From contig JAHLWZ010000819.1 of the NCBI GenBank assembly GCA_020536535.1, positions 49,168-113,167 on the forward strand: a stretch of DNA of 64,000 bases, read 5' to 3'. The notes under the pieces were generated by a model. That model was given only the letters and a program-made list of their open reading frames with translations. It did not search any database and was not told the DNA's origin. Within the stretch, counting starts at the first letter, position 1. Each line of letters opens with the position of its first letter. The DNA comes from Pelomyxa schiedti. Lineage: Eukaryota; Protista; Evosea. The translations under genes were made by a program, and so were the position numbers. Of the stretch, positions 27,501 to 39,382 are shown piece after piece.

Positions 27501-30122
27501 TTACCGCTTTTTTTGACTTCTGGGGTTGTTTTGTTGTTGTAATGGTGGTGTGGTTGACCATAAAGAGGGAGGTTGTTCATTGGTGTTTGTGTTTGTTGTA
27601 CTTGTACTGGTGGTTGTGTCCATGTTGCTGGTGGTATTGGTATTTGTATTTGCACTTGAACTGGTGTCAGTAGATGAGGAAAGGGTGGATTCTTCGTCGA
27701 AGCTTCCGAACTGTCTGTTCCACTCCAGGTACTGGTTCAGGGCGTCCTGTGCTACACTTGGCCTGATTTGCCTCAGGGATGCTTCAAAGTCGGCGGTTGT
27801 TACTGGTGGCACGTTGTGCTTATCCACATTTAGTATGGCAACCTTTTCACGCTGGAGTTTTCGGATGGGACCTAGTGCTGCATCCTGGCAGAGTGCCTTA
27901 ATATCTGAGCCGGAATAACCTTGGGTGATGTTAAAATAATCATATTGAATTGGGTAACCCAAACCCTCAGTCAGCTGTGCCAAGTAGTGAAACTGCTCTT
28001 CAGTGATGGAATGTTCAGTGGTTTTTAAAAGCAGCACAAGAAGTGTGTATCGTGCAATGACGTCAGGAAGGGGTATATACAATCTCTTTACAAGTCTTCT
28101 TCTGGCTGCATCATCCAGTTCCTGTGGACGGTTTGTTGCTCCTGCATAAGTTAATTTGTGAAAATAAGGGGGAAAAAGTCGGTCTTACCTACAACAAGAA
28201 TATGATCTTCTTCAGGGTTAATTCCTGCGCCATCAAGTTGAATAAGAAATTCAGTCTTCAATCTCCTGGTTGCTTCATTCTCGGACTCAGAGCGAGCTGA
28301 TAAAATGGAGTCTATCTGGAGGAATACTCATGGGTACAAAGAAGAAGGAAAAGGCATACCTCATCTATAAAAATTACACTGCGATCGTAACACCTGAAGT
28401 GGTTGTTAAAGTTAATTTGGTGTTGTCTCTAAGAGTTGCCTTGCCACAGCAAACATAGATCGAACAATTTTTTCTCCTTCTCCAATCTGCAATTACATAC
28501 AACCAAGAAAGGTAAAAAAAGCAACCAATGGTGCTAAGTAAGCGAACCCATTTGCTGGTGAGTGTACTAGCACTGATATTGAGAAAAGCAGATTTACATT
28601 CACGGGCAATTGCTTTTCCTATCATTGTCTGAAAGGAATCAGAAAGATAAGAGTAATGCAGTAAACCTTGCCGGTTCCCTGAGAAAAAAGTTAGCAAGAA
28701 TAGGCTGGTATGTGAAAGATACTGGAGGCCCAAAAAGCAGAAATCCTCTTGGAGGGCCCCGTAAACCAACAAAAATATCAGGCCTCAAAATTGGCCATAT
28801 GACAGCCTCTTGAATGCAGGTCTTAGCATGTTCTAATCCAGCTGGATAAAGTTAGAAAGAATCTTATTTAATGTACACTTCCTACCTATATCTCCCCACG
28901 TCACTGTGGGAGCACTTTCCAATATTTCATTAACAATGCGCTCAATCAATCTAGGTTCCAGGTTTCTCAAACGAGGGTCTTCAAGAGGAACCCCATTGAC
29001 CTCTGTGATGGAGCAACTTGACTCATCATCATCGTCATGCGAGGGAGGAGGTTTCTTTGTGACCTTTTTTACTATTGAGGGAACAGCAGATGCAGGTGTC
29101 GAACCAGTTGCAGGACTGAAGAGTTGTTTCTCAACGCAAGAAAAAAAAAAAGAAACTCACATTTTCGGAGGTGGTTCACTGTCCACCCTCCCTGGTTCAG
29201 GTCGTCTCTTTCCAAGTGATGAAGGCTCTTTTCCCTTTTTCTTATTCTCAATATCCTACAGGGCGATCTTGAGCGAATACGAGAATATTATGGCTACCAT
29301 TTTTTCAGATGCAGTGATAAAGGGATTAGCTTCTTTACTTGTCACCGCAGATCGGTGGCTAGAATTACTTAATTGAGAAAGTATTTTATCGTGTAAAAGT
29401 GCCTCTTTACTTCTTCAGGATCATTTCTTGCCTTCGCACCTGGATTTTTCCTAAATTAATCAAAGTTAGAGGTGAAAATCGCCATGAAATATAAGCACAG
29501 TTACTCACTCTGAAGACAAAGTTAATTAACAGAAGAAATGAATTTTGTTCATGCCTGAGGTTGCAGTGGAATTTGGGCGGGATTGAGTGTTTGTACTCCT
29601 AACTCCTCTAACAACTTCAGAGTAACACCTCTCTTGTTCCTTTGGGGAGAAAAAAAGGGAAAATCATTTTAAGAGAGGGAAGAAAAAGAAACATAAACAG
29701 AACCCTACCTGCCTCCAAGCGTTCAAGTAGCCCACCACTTCTGGGTCATCAGATACACTTATGGGATCCTCAGCCGCCAACTGGCCCAGGTCCAATGCAC
29801 CTCCAATCGTTTCAGAGTTACACGTCCCTGCCAAACTCGAAAGCAACTGCGGGGCCATCCTCGAAATTTCCCCCTGCACCTCATCGTGCACGCGGTACAG
29901 GGCCTCATTGGCACGAGATGCGAATCCATGGCAGCGTGATTGGGCGTGAGACTGAGACTGAGACTGAGACTCCTCGGCACACAGGTGACTGAGCAGCCTC
30001 AGGTGGGCGTGGTACCTCGCAGTTACGTCATTTCCCGGTCCCTAATGTAGTTCGGTTGGAGGCAAAAACGTAAACAACATCAAGTGCCACGCGTGCTGCA
30101 GGGTGTTGATGTCAACAAACAT
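27501..30122 (-). CDS. FIGNL1: Fidgetin-like AAA+ ATPase
   Basis: [13 protein letters not shown]; [28 protein letters not shown]; [14 protein letters not shown]; [25 protein letters not shown]; [20 protein letters not shown]; [21 protein letters not shown]. First exon uncertain. Confidence 0.82.
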
Positions 30123-30483
30123 CGTTGGTCGCGTCAAAGTACGCGGATTCAAAGTGCCCGAGATCACTCCACCCTGAACTCATTTTTTGCAACAAAAACG
30201 AACGGATGAATACGAGCTCTTGGTCTGTCGAGCTCAATTTGTTGGGTTTCCAGAAGTAGAAAGTTTCGTGCCAACTTGACGCGAGATTGATCGCTTTTAG
30301 ATATTAATCATAATCCCGTTCACAGCGATTAACGCGTCACTCGTCGCCTCTGTTATACCCAGCTTCGTCGTAGTACTTAGTATATGTACTCGCCTACTTA
30401 CGCGTATCGAGCGGGTGTATCCGCACCAAATAGCCTAAGAACAACAACAACAACAACAAAAATAAAAAAAGTGAGACAACCAC

Positions 30484-32721
30484 ATGTCGACTGAAAACGC
30501 AAGCACACAAGACAACGGCGACGTAGCCGCTGCAGACGCCCGAAAAGACGAAGGCAACGCACACTATAAAGCGCAGAGATACGATGACGCTGTACAGTGC
30601 TACACAGAAGCTATTACACTCAGTGAGTTTGTTATTTTGGCTGGGGATACTTTAGAAGTTTTGTTCTATTATGTTTTCTTTTATTTCTCCGTTTCTTTGT
30701 TTGGGTTTAACCTATTACAGCTAAATCGAAAGAAAAACAGTCAGTATACTTTGGAAACAGAGCTCAGGCTTACATGATGCAAAATGATTTTAGAAATGCC
30801 CTTTCAGATTGTGAGACTGCAATTGCACTTGATCCATCTAATTTAAAGGCATGACAAATTAGAGGGCCACAAGTTCTCATTTTTTTTAGTGCTATTTGAG
30901 AGCTGGAAAATGCCACCAAAAACTTGGTGATTTGGCAAGTGCCAGGAGCAGGTTTTCAGAAGTACATTATCGAGACCCTATGAATGAGGAAGTGTGTAAA
31001 AAGTAAGCATACGGAAGGCATCTCATTTGTGTCCAGGCCAGAGCCGGAAAATCCACACTAGAACGGTTGGAGATGCAGATGACTAGAGCCTCCGAAGTGA
31101 TGCAAGCAACCCCTGAACGTGCTCTTGCCCTATCTGAGGTACTACTTACAAAAGGAAGATATAGGCGCTAAAATTGTTACTACCAGTCTGTGCTCACGGA
31201 AGCACCTCTATGCCGACGTGCTATTCTCCTCAAAGCTCAAGCTCTGTTCAATATGAAGAAATTCTCGGAAGTTTCTCTTCTTTTGAGGTATACCTAGGCA
31301 TTTTGTACCCTACCCCAAATAATTTATCACTTAATACATTAGTTTGGATATCTTTGCTCACATATACTTCTCCTGCACCCTTTTCACATTCAAGCAATGT
31401 CATTCAAGAGGATAGAACCTGTGTGGAAGCACTGGTGCTACGTGGCGTGGCACTTTTTAAGACTAACAACGTGAAATTGGCCATTTCTCATTTGACGACA
31501 GCAATTCAACTTGATCCGGAAAATACATATGCTGCTGGATTTTTGAAAGTTTGTCATGTTAACGGCATTTCATTTGATAACTGGTGATAGAAAACAAAAT
31601 TGCAAGAATCACTGAAAAACGATGGTAATACACACTACAGTGCCGGAAGATACAACGAGGCCATCCGTGCTTATAGTGATGCACTTGCACTGGACCCCGA
31701 TTGGTTTTCCCTACTCCCAATTTTGAGGGTATTTTCTCACAGTTTCCAGTATTTCCATAAATTCAGTGCTCTATGCCAATAGGGCTCAAGCATATTCAAA
31801 GGTACGCAAATTGTCTGCACAGATATTTACGTTCGCCAACAAGAAAAGATAGGAAATAACGAAGCAGCCCTTAGTGATTTAGATTCGGCTCTCTCCCTTG
31901 ATCCTAATTACCTCAAAGTGGCAATATCTTCTCCTTATATATTATTTATAAGCACACAGGCATATCTGAGACGAGCAGCTGTTCACACAGAGTTGGAACA
32001 TTTCCAAGACGCTGTGTATGATTTAGAAAAGGCAAAGCAAATGGACCCTTCCAGCAGAGGTCTTTTTTCCGATATATGTGGGTTTCCTCACTCGTTCCAG
32101 ATATAGCACAGAAATTACACGAGGCTAAAATCGCTCTTAAAAAAGCCTCTCGGAAAGACTACTACAAAATCCTTGAAATTCCAAAGGTCAGTCACATAGA
32201 CTGCACTTTTGGATTATTTATTTATTAATTGCTCAGACTGCAACCGATGAAGACATTCGTAAAGCATACCGAAAGTTGGCAGTCAAATGGCATCCAGGTT
32301 TCCTTCTCGTTCGCCTTCTTTCTTTTTCACACACAAAAAAGACAAGCACCAGGATAACAAGAAAGAAGCTGAAGCACACTTCAAAGATATTGGAGAGGCG
32401 TACCATGTTCTCAGTGATCAACAAGAAAAGGCCCGATACGACTCTGGTGTCGACCTGGATGGTGTGTACACCAAGACACCACACACCTTTTTTCTTTTTT
32501 TTTGGACTTATCCTCCCAAAACAGAGCCACAGAACGTTGACACTGACCAAATATTCCGTATGTTCTTTGGTGGTGACAACCCACTGGGCGGGGGCTTTGG
32601 GCGCAGCAGCTTTGGCGACGGAGGGTTCCCTGGCGGCTTCTCCTTCTCGTTTGGTGGCAGCCCCCAGTTTTCGTCAAGAAGAGGGGGAGGAGGGAACCCC
32701 TTTGGCGGGTTCGGCTTCTGA
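30484..32721 (+). CDS. DNAJC7: TPR + J-domain co-chaperone
   Basis: TPRs (KDEGNAHYKAQRYDDAVQCYTEAI, KNDGNTHYSAGRYNEAIRAYSDAL, AYLRRAAVHTELEHFQDAVYDLEKA); J domain KDYYKILEI...RKAYRKLAVKWHP|DKH...FKDIGEAYHVLSD; G/F-rich tail. Confidence 0.93.
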
Positions 32722-32852
32722 GATGAAGAACACAACAACACACCCACCCTCTTTTTTTTCTTGTATTGCGCTTTGTTCAATTGCGAGGGCTGGGGTTGGT
32801 AGTGGCAGTAGTGTCGAGGTGCCGTCTCCAACCAAGTTGATGATCTAAGGGA

Positions 32853-35800
32853 ATGTCGTCCGGCACGCCCACTACGACCGGCATTACCGCAAGCAACAAC
32901 AACAGCAACAACAACGTAGGGATGACCACAACAGCCACCACCACGACTACCGTAGGAAACAAAGGCGACGGCGGCGGCGGCGTGGCGGCATCGACGGCAG
33001 GCCAACAGACGGCGGTCGGCGGACAACCAAAGCAGCAGCAGCAGACGACGGCGACGACGGCCACGGGGACGTCGACGAGGCAGCAGCACGGGGGGGGTCA
33101 CGGCGGCTCGTCACAGTCTGCGCAACCGCACGGGGTGCAGGCGTCGGCGACGCCGCCGGCGCTGCAGTTGCATTTACTCCCGCACGCGCAACCCCAATCT
33201 CTTGCTGGTGCTAGACCGGCGTCTTCCCAGCACCCCCATGCTTCTCAACCACCACCTCAACAACAACAGCAACAACAACCACAGCCACAGACGCAAACGC
33301 AAACGCAAACGCAGTCGCAGTCGCAGTCGCAGTCGCAGTCACAGTCGCAGCAATCACAACAACTCCAGGCGGCGCAACCTCTTGTAAATAATCCAGACGC
33401 ACCTGTGCTCCCTATCAAACGAAGCTCCATTTCGTTGCAGTATAATCAACCTTCCAAGCGCTCCAAGGTTGATCGAAATAAATGGTAAACTCCCAATCTT
33501 GTTCCATCCTCCTTCTTGAACTATATATCACCTCATTTTGTTAAAAAAAAAAACGAATCTGACCTTTTGGTAGTTGGAAAGCCTATGATGAAAATGTAGA
33601 TGAAGTTCCCTCGTTGGGGAATAGCCCTAATGTTAGTCAACCTCCGGCACCGCCTCCACCTCCCACAAAACGGGCAATTAAGTCTCATCTTGTTGCACGT
33701 AAAAGAGTGAATAAATCAGTCCCTCCCAACCACAATGAAAAAGCAATTGCAGAAGATTTGGATGGATGTGACTCGACATCAAGAATAGGGACAGTGCTGG
33801 AACAGGCGAAAAAGCAAAGCGCCGAGGTTACTCATTCCCTAAACCCTTTATTCACTTATTTGTGTACTTGCAGATTTTTTCAGATAACAGTGGGCTCAAA
33901 AACTTTCGAGTGAAGAAAGATGATGAAATACTAGGTAGCACCATTCATACATAAGTGAAGACTATTCATCACTTGCGCATTTCAGATAAACGGTTTTCCC
34001 CTAAGAAAACACCCATGGAGTTGACCAATGAAAAGCCAGCACTCACTTTAAGCCTCTTTGACCAGGGCTTCGCAATTGACACCCAGGTTTGCAAATATCT
34101 ACTGTAACTTGCCCTTCAGTGACTCTCCCAAACAGACCACGGTGTATCCATATAATCATACAACCAAAGTTTGTTATCCTGATTGTTGAAATTATCTCAC
34201 ATTTCTCCTCTGATGCAGGGTTTAATTTCTAGTATTGACAATGGCTACTTGGGGCGAGAGCTTATTGAATATCTTGATGAAACGTTTTGTGGCCCCTATG
34301 TACCATATAATGAAGGTTCAAGTTTTATTCTTTTGGGTGAACCTAATTCATGGATAGGCATTGCCCTTGTGGAGTTGCGAGATCATCGGGGATCTTGCAC
34401 TCAAAATGTGCACAGGGTACTTCTAAGACCTTGCCCTGGGCATTCTCAGCATATCTTGACACCCAAGAATCTTAGTGACGCTTTTAAAGTCGCGGTGGAA
34501 CAACGCTTAACAGTGTGGCGTTCAATGTCTAAAGATTCTTCTCACTTTTCACATTTCACGTAGCTCGCTTCATTTCCAGAGATATGTCTAGACCCATCAC
34601 CCCATGTAGGACTTGTAACATCACTTCTATGTTACAATAGGCTTAAATTTAATCACCAACCGCCAAAAGGTTTCTTTACTTTATTTCTCTAGAATTTCAA
34701 CCCCATCTAACAAAATTTAGGAGGAATTGCTGTGTAAGTGTTTTTTCGTTTCTTTTTTTCCCCTCAACACATGCAGATCTCAACCTTCAGATGGGTTTCG
34801 GCCTTTCGCATCTCCACTTGCTTCACCCTTTTACCAGGTAGTTTGAATGAAATATCACCTGCAAGTTTAAAGTTTTGTTAAAAAAAAAAAAGCCCTTGAA
34901 GTCACCTGCGCATTGTGGGTAGGCGTACTCTCCTTGTAAACTAATATCAACTGAACCCTGCTAGGAACAAACTTTTTCGTTTTCTGGTACAACATCAAAT
35001 TCGTAAGAACCAGATGACTGACCAAAGTGCGTTCATTATCTGATAATGTAAATTCACATAATACAGAACAAGTACAGCGTTCTGTTGCCTTGGTTATTCC
35101 TCCACCCCAGGGCCGTGCTTTAAGTCCTCTTGATGTAATAGCTAGTTCAACTACACCAACTAGAACTAATCAGATTTCTCTGTCTTGGGGTAAATAGAAA
35201 TTAAAATAAAAAGGCAATGTGATTTAAACAAAAAAAAGGAACAACCTCAGCTGACCTCAAACTCACTAAGAAGGGTAATGGCTTGCAAGAGGGATCAATA
35301 AAATTCGGCCAAACTGAGATTTCGTAAGTATGCAGGGCCTTTGATCCTAAACTAACACACGAAGTTTTCATGTTGGGACACCCAAGCAAGCTCAAATGTT
35401 CCTCAATCACATACAATCACTTCAAAAATTTGAGTCACTGCACCCCCAGTTCATGTTTTACCCTCCAACACCACAGCAGGGACCTCAACCACACCCTACA
35501 ATTTCTTCCACTTTTCAACTTCCCCATACGACCTTGAGTGGTACACAGTCTCACCACGGCCCCCAGCACCAGCTTCACGTGGGACCAACATCCACCCAAT
35601 TCAGCAACTTCCAAGCCTCACAATCTAGCACTCCCAATCAACCTGTACATCATACACTTTTAAGTGCATCAGGTGCAGTATCCCAAAGTATAAGCTATAC
35701 CAATCCCACTTTACAACAGTCTCTTCCGTCTTCTGTACCCTCGTCGCCCAACTCCAACTCGATAAACTCTCCAACTTCGCCACAATATTTGGCTGTCACA

Positions 35801-36623
35801 TCAAGACCTTTCATTCAACAAACACAGGCAAATCCGAACCCAACGTACCACACATTTTCGCAAGTAAGTACAACCATTAGAGTCGTATGCTTACCTTACT
35901 CAGATTACGTCTGGAGACACAAGTGGCAACCACAGTCAGGTAACAAATTACCTCCTTGATACATTCATTCTTAACCACTTGCACCAGATACCACTTCAAA
36001 CACAGAACCAACAAATGCCACTCCCGTCCCAGCCAATGATGCTATCTCCACAACCAGGCCTACCTTTCACACCCAATCCCCAGATGAATATGCAAAGCAT
36101 GCAACCCCTAGCCCCATCACAGACATCGCAAACAGTGGGTCTATCTCAACCAGATCAATTGATGCAACTGCAGGGAACAGTGCAGCCACAACCAATGGTG
36201 CAATCCCAAAATCCCCAAAACCAACAACAAATGGGCTCTTTGTCACAATCACAACTCCCACCCACACAACAACCAAACCCTCAACCACAATCCCACGCGC
36301 CAACACAACCTCAACTACAGCTCGTTATTTCCTCCCAAAAACCACTTCAATCCAAACTCTCTCAGAAGGCAGCACAAACAAACAGCAGGCCCTTACAAGC
36401 TAACCAAAGTGCTCCACTAAACACCATGTCCAGCCCACCACAGGTCACTTCTCAACAATCTTCCGTATCCACTGACCAGTCACAAACACAAATACTTGCC
36501 TCACATAAAATGCCTCAGCTACAAATACAACTTCCACAAAGCCCAGGATCATTCTATCAAAACCCACCACGCACTCACACCCCTCAACCCCAAATTCCAG
36601 ACCAAACACCCAAGGCAAACTAA
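32853..36623 (+). CDS. Spt20-domain protein (SAGA complex) with Q/P/S-rich termini
   Basis: Spliced LTLSLFDQGFAI, TTVYPYNHTTK, GLISSIDNGYLG, ALVELRDHR, VHRVLLRP, EICLDPSPHV match the Spt20 domain; long Q/P-rich ORFs 35396-35959 and 35979-36623. Confidence 0.75.
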
Positions 36624-36711
36624 AACGAGGGAACCCACTACTGTAAAGAAGGAAAGTGTTTTGAACAAAACAGTTTTTTTCTATTTTTTTGGTTGTCCAA
36701 CGATTCTTACA

Positions 36712-37881
36712 TCACAGTCTTATCTTGAGGTATTCATTGATAGCATCACCTATGTAGCCTCTTATGCCTCTATCGTGGCCAGGGAACATTCTGTCAGCAC
36801 CCTTTTCCTCGGCTATCCGCCTCTTTTCATATCTCATTTCAGCTCTTTTTTTGCGGATCTCATCCACTGCATCATCTTCTGCCAGCATGGTCCGCTCAGG
36901 GCGGCTCACAAATTTGAACTTTGGTTCCACCAACCTGCAAGGAGCTAGGAATTTTCCGACTATAGTGCGGAACTGCTTTCCGCCGTTGGCAATTTGATTC
37001 ACAAGGTCCTCCACACACACAATATTGTACTTGCCGAGTGCTTTCTCTATGACAAGGTTGGTTGAGAGTGGTACGGGCTTGTGATCAACAAAAGTGACTC
37101 CGCGCCTGTTCAAAACTTCTCGCACAGTGTGTGGTGATGGTGTACTGCATGAACCAAGAGAAAAGAAAAAAAGAAATGTTAGTTCAGTGTCCTGTATGCA
37201 GCGGTAGCTGGGAACATACCCGATGATGACATATCGCTCAATCAGACGCAATTTGGAGAGCATGCTTGGCGTAGGTTGCACAAAAACGCCTGTTGGAAAC
37301 TTTGTGAGGCGCAGTTTCTTGAATATCGAATCGATTCGTCGTGGTAGCCCAAAGTAACTGAACGTGATATTAATTGCAGATCGGGGCATATAATATTTAT
37401 TACCTCTTCCTTCTGTAAACAAAGAGGACTTTACAAGAAGGAGGCGGTCGGACAGCGTGCTTTTTCCAGGTGCACATATCCTTATACCGTCTCTTCTCGC
37501 TACAGTGAACGTTAAAAGGTTGAATAGCGAAGATAACCGTACACTCGTTTAGCAATGTTCCTTGTGCAAAAGTATTCAGGTGGTTTGAAGTCAATCTTTA
37601 GAGAGGGCAGGAGATAAGGAAACGAGAAAGGGAAGGGAAGGGAAAAGAAAAGGCAAGTGATCCACACCATTGATTTGTGTTGTTTGTAATTCTTCATTCC
37701 GGGATTGAACACAGGGAGTTTCCGTTTGGTAGTCTCAGTCCGTTTTCTTATTCTGCGATAAGCTCCAAGCTTACGCTTTCGTCTGTTGGGAAAATTTAAA
37801 ACCAGACTCACAAGTTCGTGGCGTTGATTGACGTATTTACATGATCCTCCCCGCTCGCTTTTGGACTCTCGACCGCACCAT
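36712..37881 (-). CDS. Divergent ribosomal protein uL30/L7-like protein (RLP7/RPL7L1-type 60S biogenesis factor)
   Basis: IFKKLRLTKFPTGVFV, LRLIERYVIIG, TVREVLNRRG, PLSTNLVIEKALGKYNIVCVEDLVNQI; basic N-terminus MVRSRVQKRAGRI|IRKRK. Confidence 0.8.
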
Positions 37882-38068
37882 CACTGAGTTAATTCAAGAT
37901 TTAATTAAACCGAACTGCAACTGTGTTCAGATTTTAATTTTGTTTTTTTACCGGAATCCCAGAACCCTTAGATACTGATAAATGTGACAACACCAATGGA
38001 TACTCTCCTGGGCTGGTAGAAAACAAAACGGAACAACAACAAATTTCATTTACGTTGAGTGGAGGTGG

Positions 38069-39188
38069 TCAGGGCGGCAACCTCTTCATCATCCAGATGT
38101 CGTGCTCAAAGAGGAGTGGGCTGCTGGGCTGTGCTGTTGGGTGCCACTCTATCTCGTCGTGGTTCATGTTGGCTGGATACAGCACCTTCCGTGTGGCCCA
38201 GACCAGTCGAAGTCAACCAAAACAGCTTGATGAATGTCAGTGCTACTACCAGGCACGGGAATCCCGCCAATGTTCGGCGTGCGGAGATCTCCGTGCACAA
38301 GGCCGTTTCCATGCAAGAAGGTCACTGCCTCTTCCAGTGATTCCTTGAATTTGCTCATTCTGGGAGGAGGAGGATTATTCCCGGTCACTTGCTGCTCTGG
38401 TGGTGCTGGTGCTGCTGCTTGTTGTTGTTGCTGAATGCACATGTAGTAGGGGGTAATTTCTAGCCACTCCATGATGACAACTACCCAGTCGGGTCGCAGG
38501 GTGCAAACATAGTAGAGACGCGGTGCAAAATGTCGTTGTGCCAATAGAGCGTGCGCCTCGATTCCATATCTGCGTGTGAACTTGATCATGACATGTTTCC
38601 TCACAATTGCCGGTGCCGCTGCAGATGTCGTTGTTGTTGTTGTGGTGGTAGTTACGCTTAACTGAGATGATGGAGGGGGGTACAGAACCCTGCTGAATGT
38701 TGTTTTCATTTCTCGCATTCCACAGTTGGGACATATTAAAACGCATCATCACCAACAACCACAACTTTGGCAGTGGATTTGAAGGGTCTTTCAGCTGAAT
38801 TCTTAAGCTTAATCAAATGGATATAAAAAGCCATGCATGGATAATATACTGGGTGAGTAAGCAACCAGAGTGCAACATCTGGATTGCCAGAGGCAGTTTC
38901 CATGGCACTTGTGATTTTCAACTCATCATTTTGGCCTGCTGTGATGGTTGCAAGACCTGAGATGCACATTTGACAAAGATTTACCAGCCTCAAGAGAAAA
39001 ACTCCTACAAACAAGCATTTTTTGTTTGAAAGCTCAATCCAGAATTTTCCCTTCAAACCTAAGTGGAACAGATGTGGAAAGACACCCCTGAGTTGGGGGA
39101 AATGGCTGATGCATTCTGTAACAAAGTAGCACAAGTGTTTTGTGCAAGTCATAACTCTCTGAGCACTACATCCCCAACTACCTCCCAA
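38069..39188 (-). pseudogene. Kinase-like (phosphotransferase-fold) gene with an apparent frameshift
   Basis: VMIKFTRRYGIEAHALLAQRHFAPRLYY, VVIMEWLE, LVHGDLRTPNI, LVDFDWSG; the expected tail KVLYPANMN...WHP...LLFEHDIWMM continues in another frame from ~38190. Could be a sequencing indel instead of a pseudogene. 5' end unclear. Confidence 0.55.
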
Positions 39189-39382
39189 TGACTACTTTTC
39201 TCAACCATCATTAGGGAACCAGCGACCTCTCTCCCTCACAACAGTCGATAGGCACTAACACACCTCCACAAGTTCCTGGCTACCTGCAGGTCCGAGTCGA
39301 TTGGATCAATCGATTATCAAAACAATCCAATCATGCGAAACGATTTCATCAAACATCCACCATCTCAAAAAATGGCATGTGT

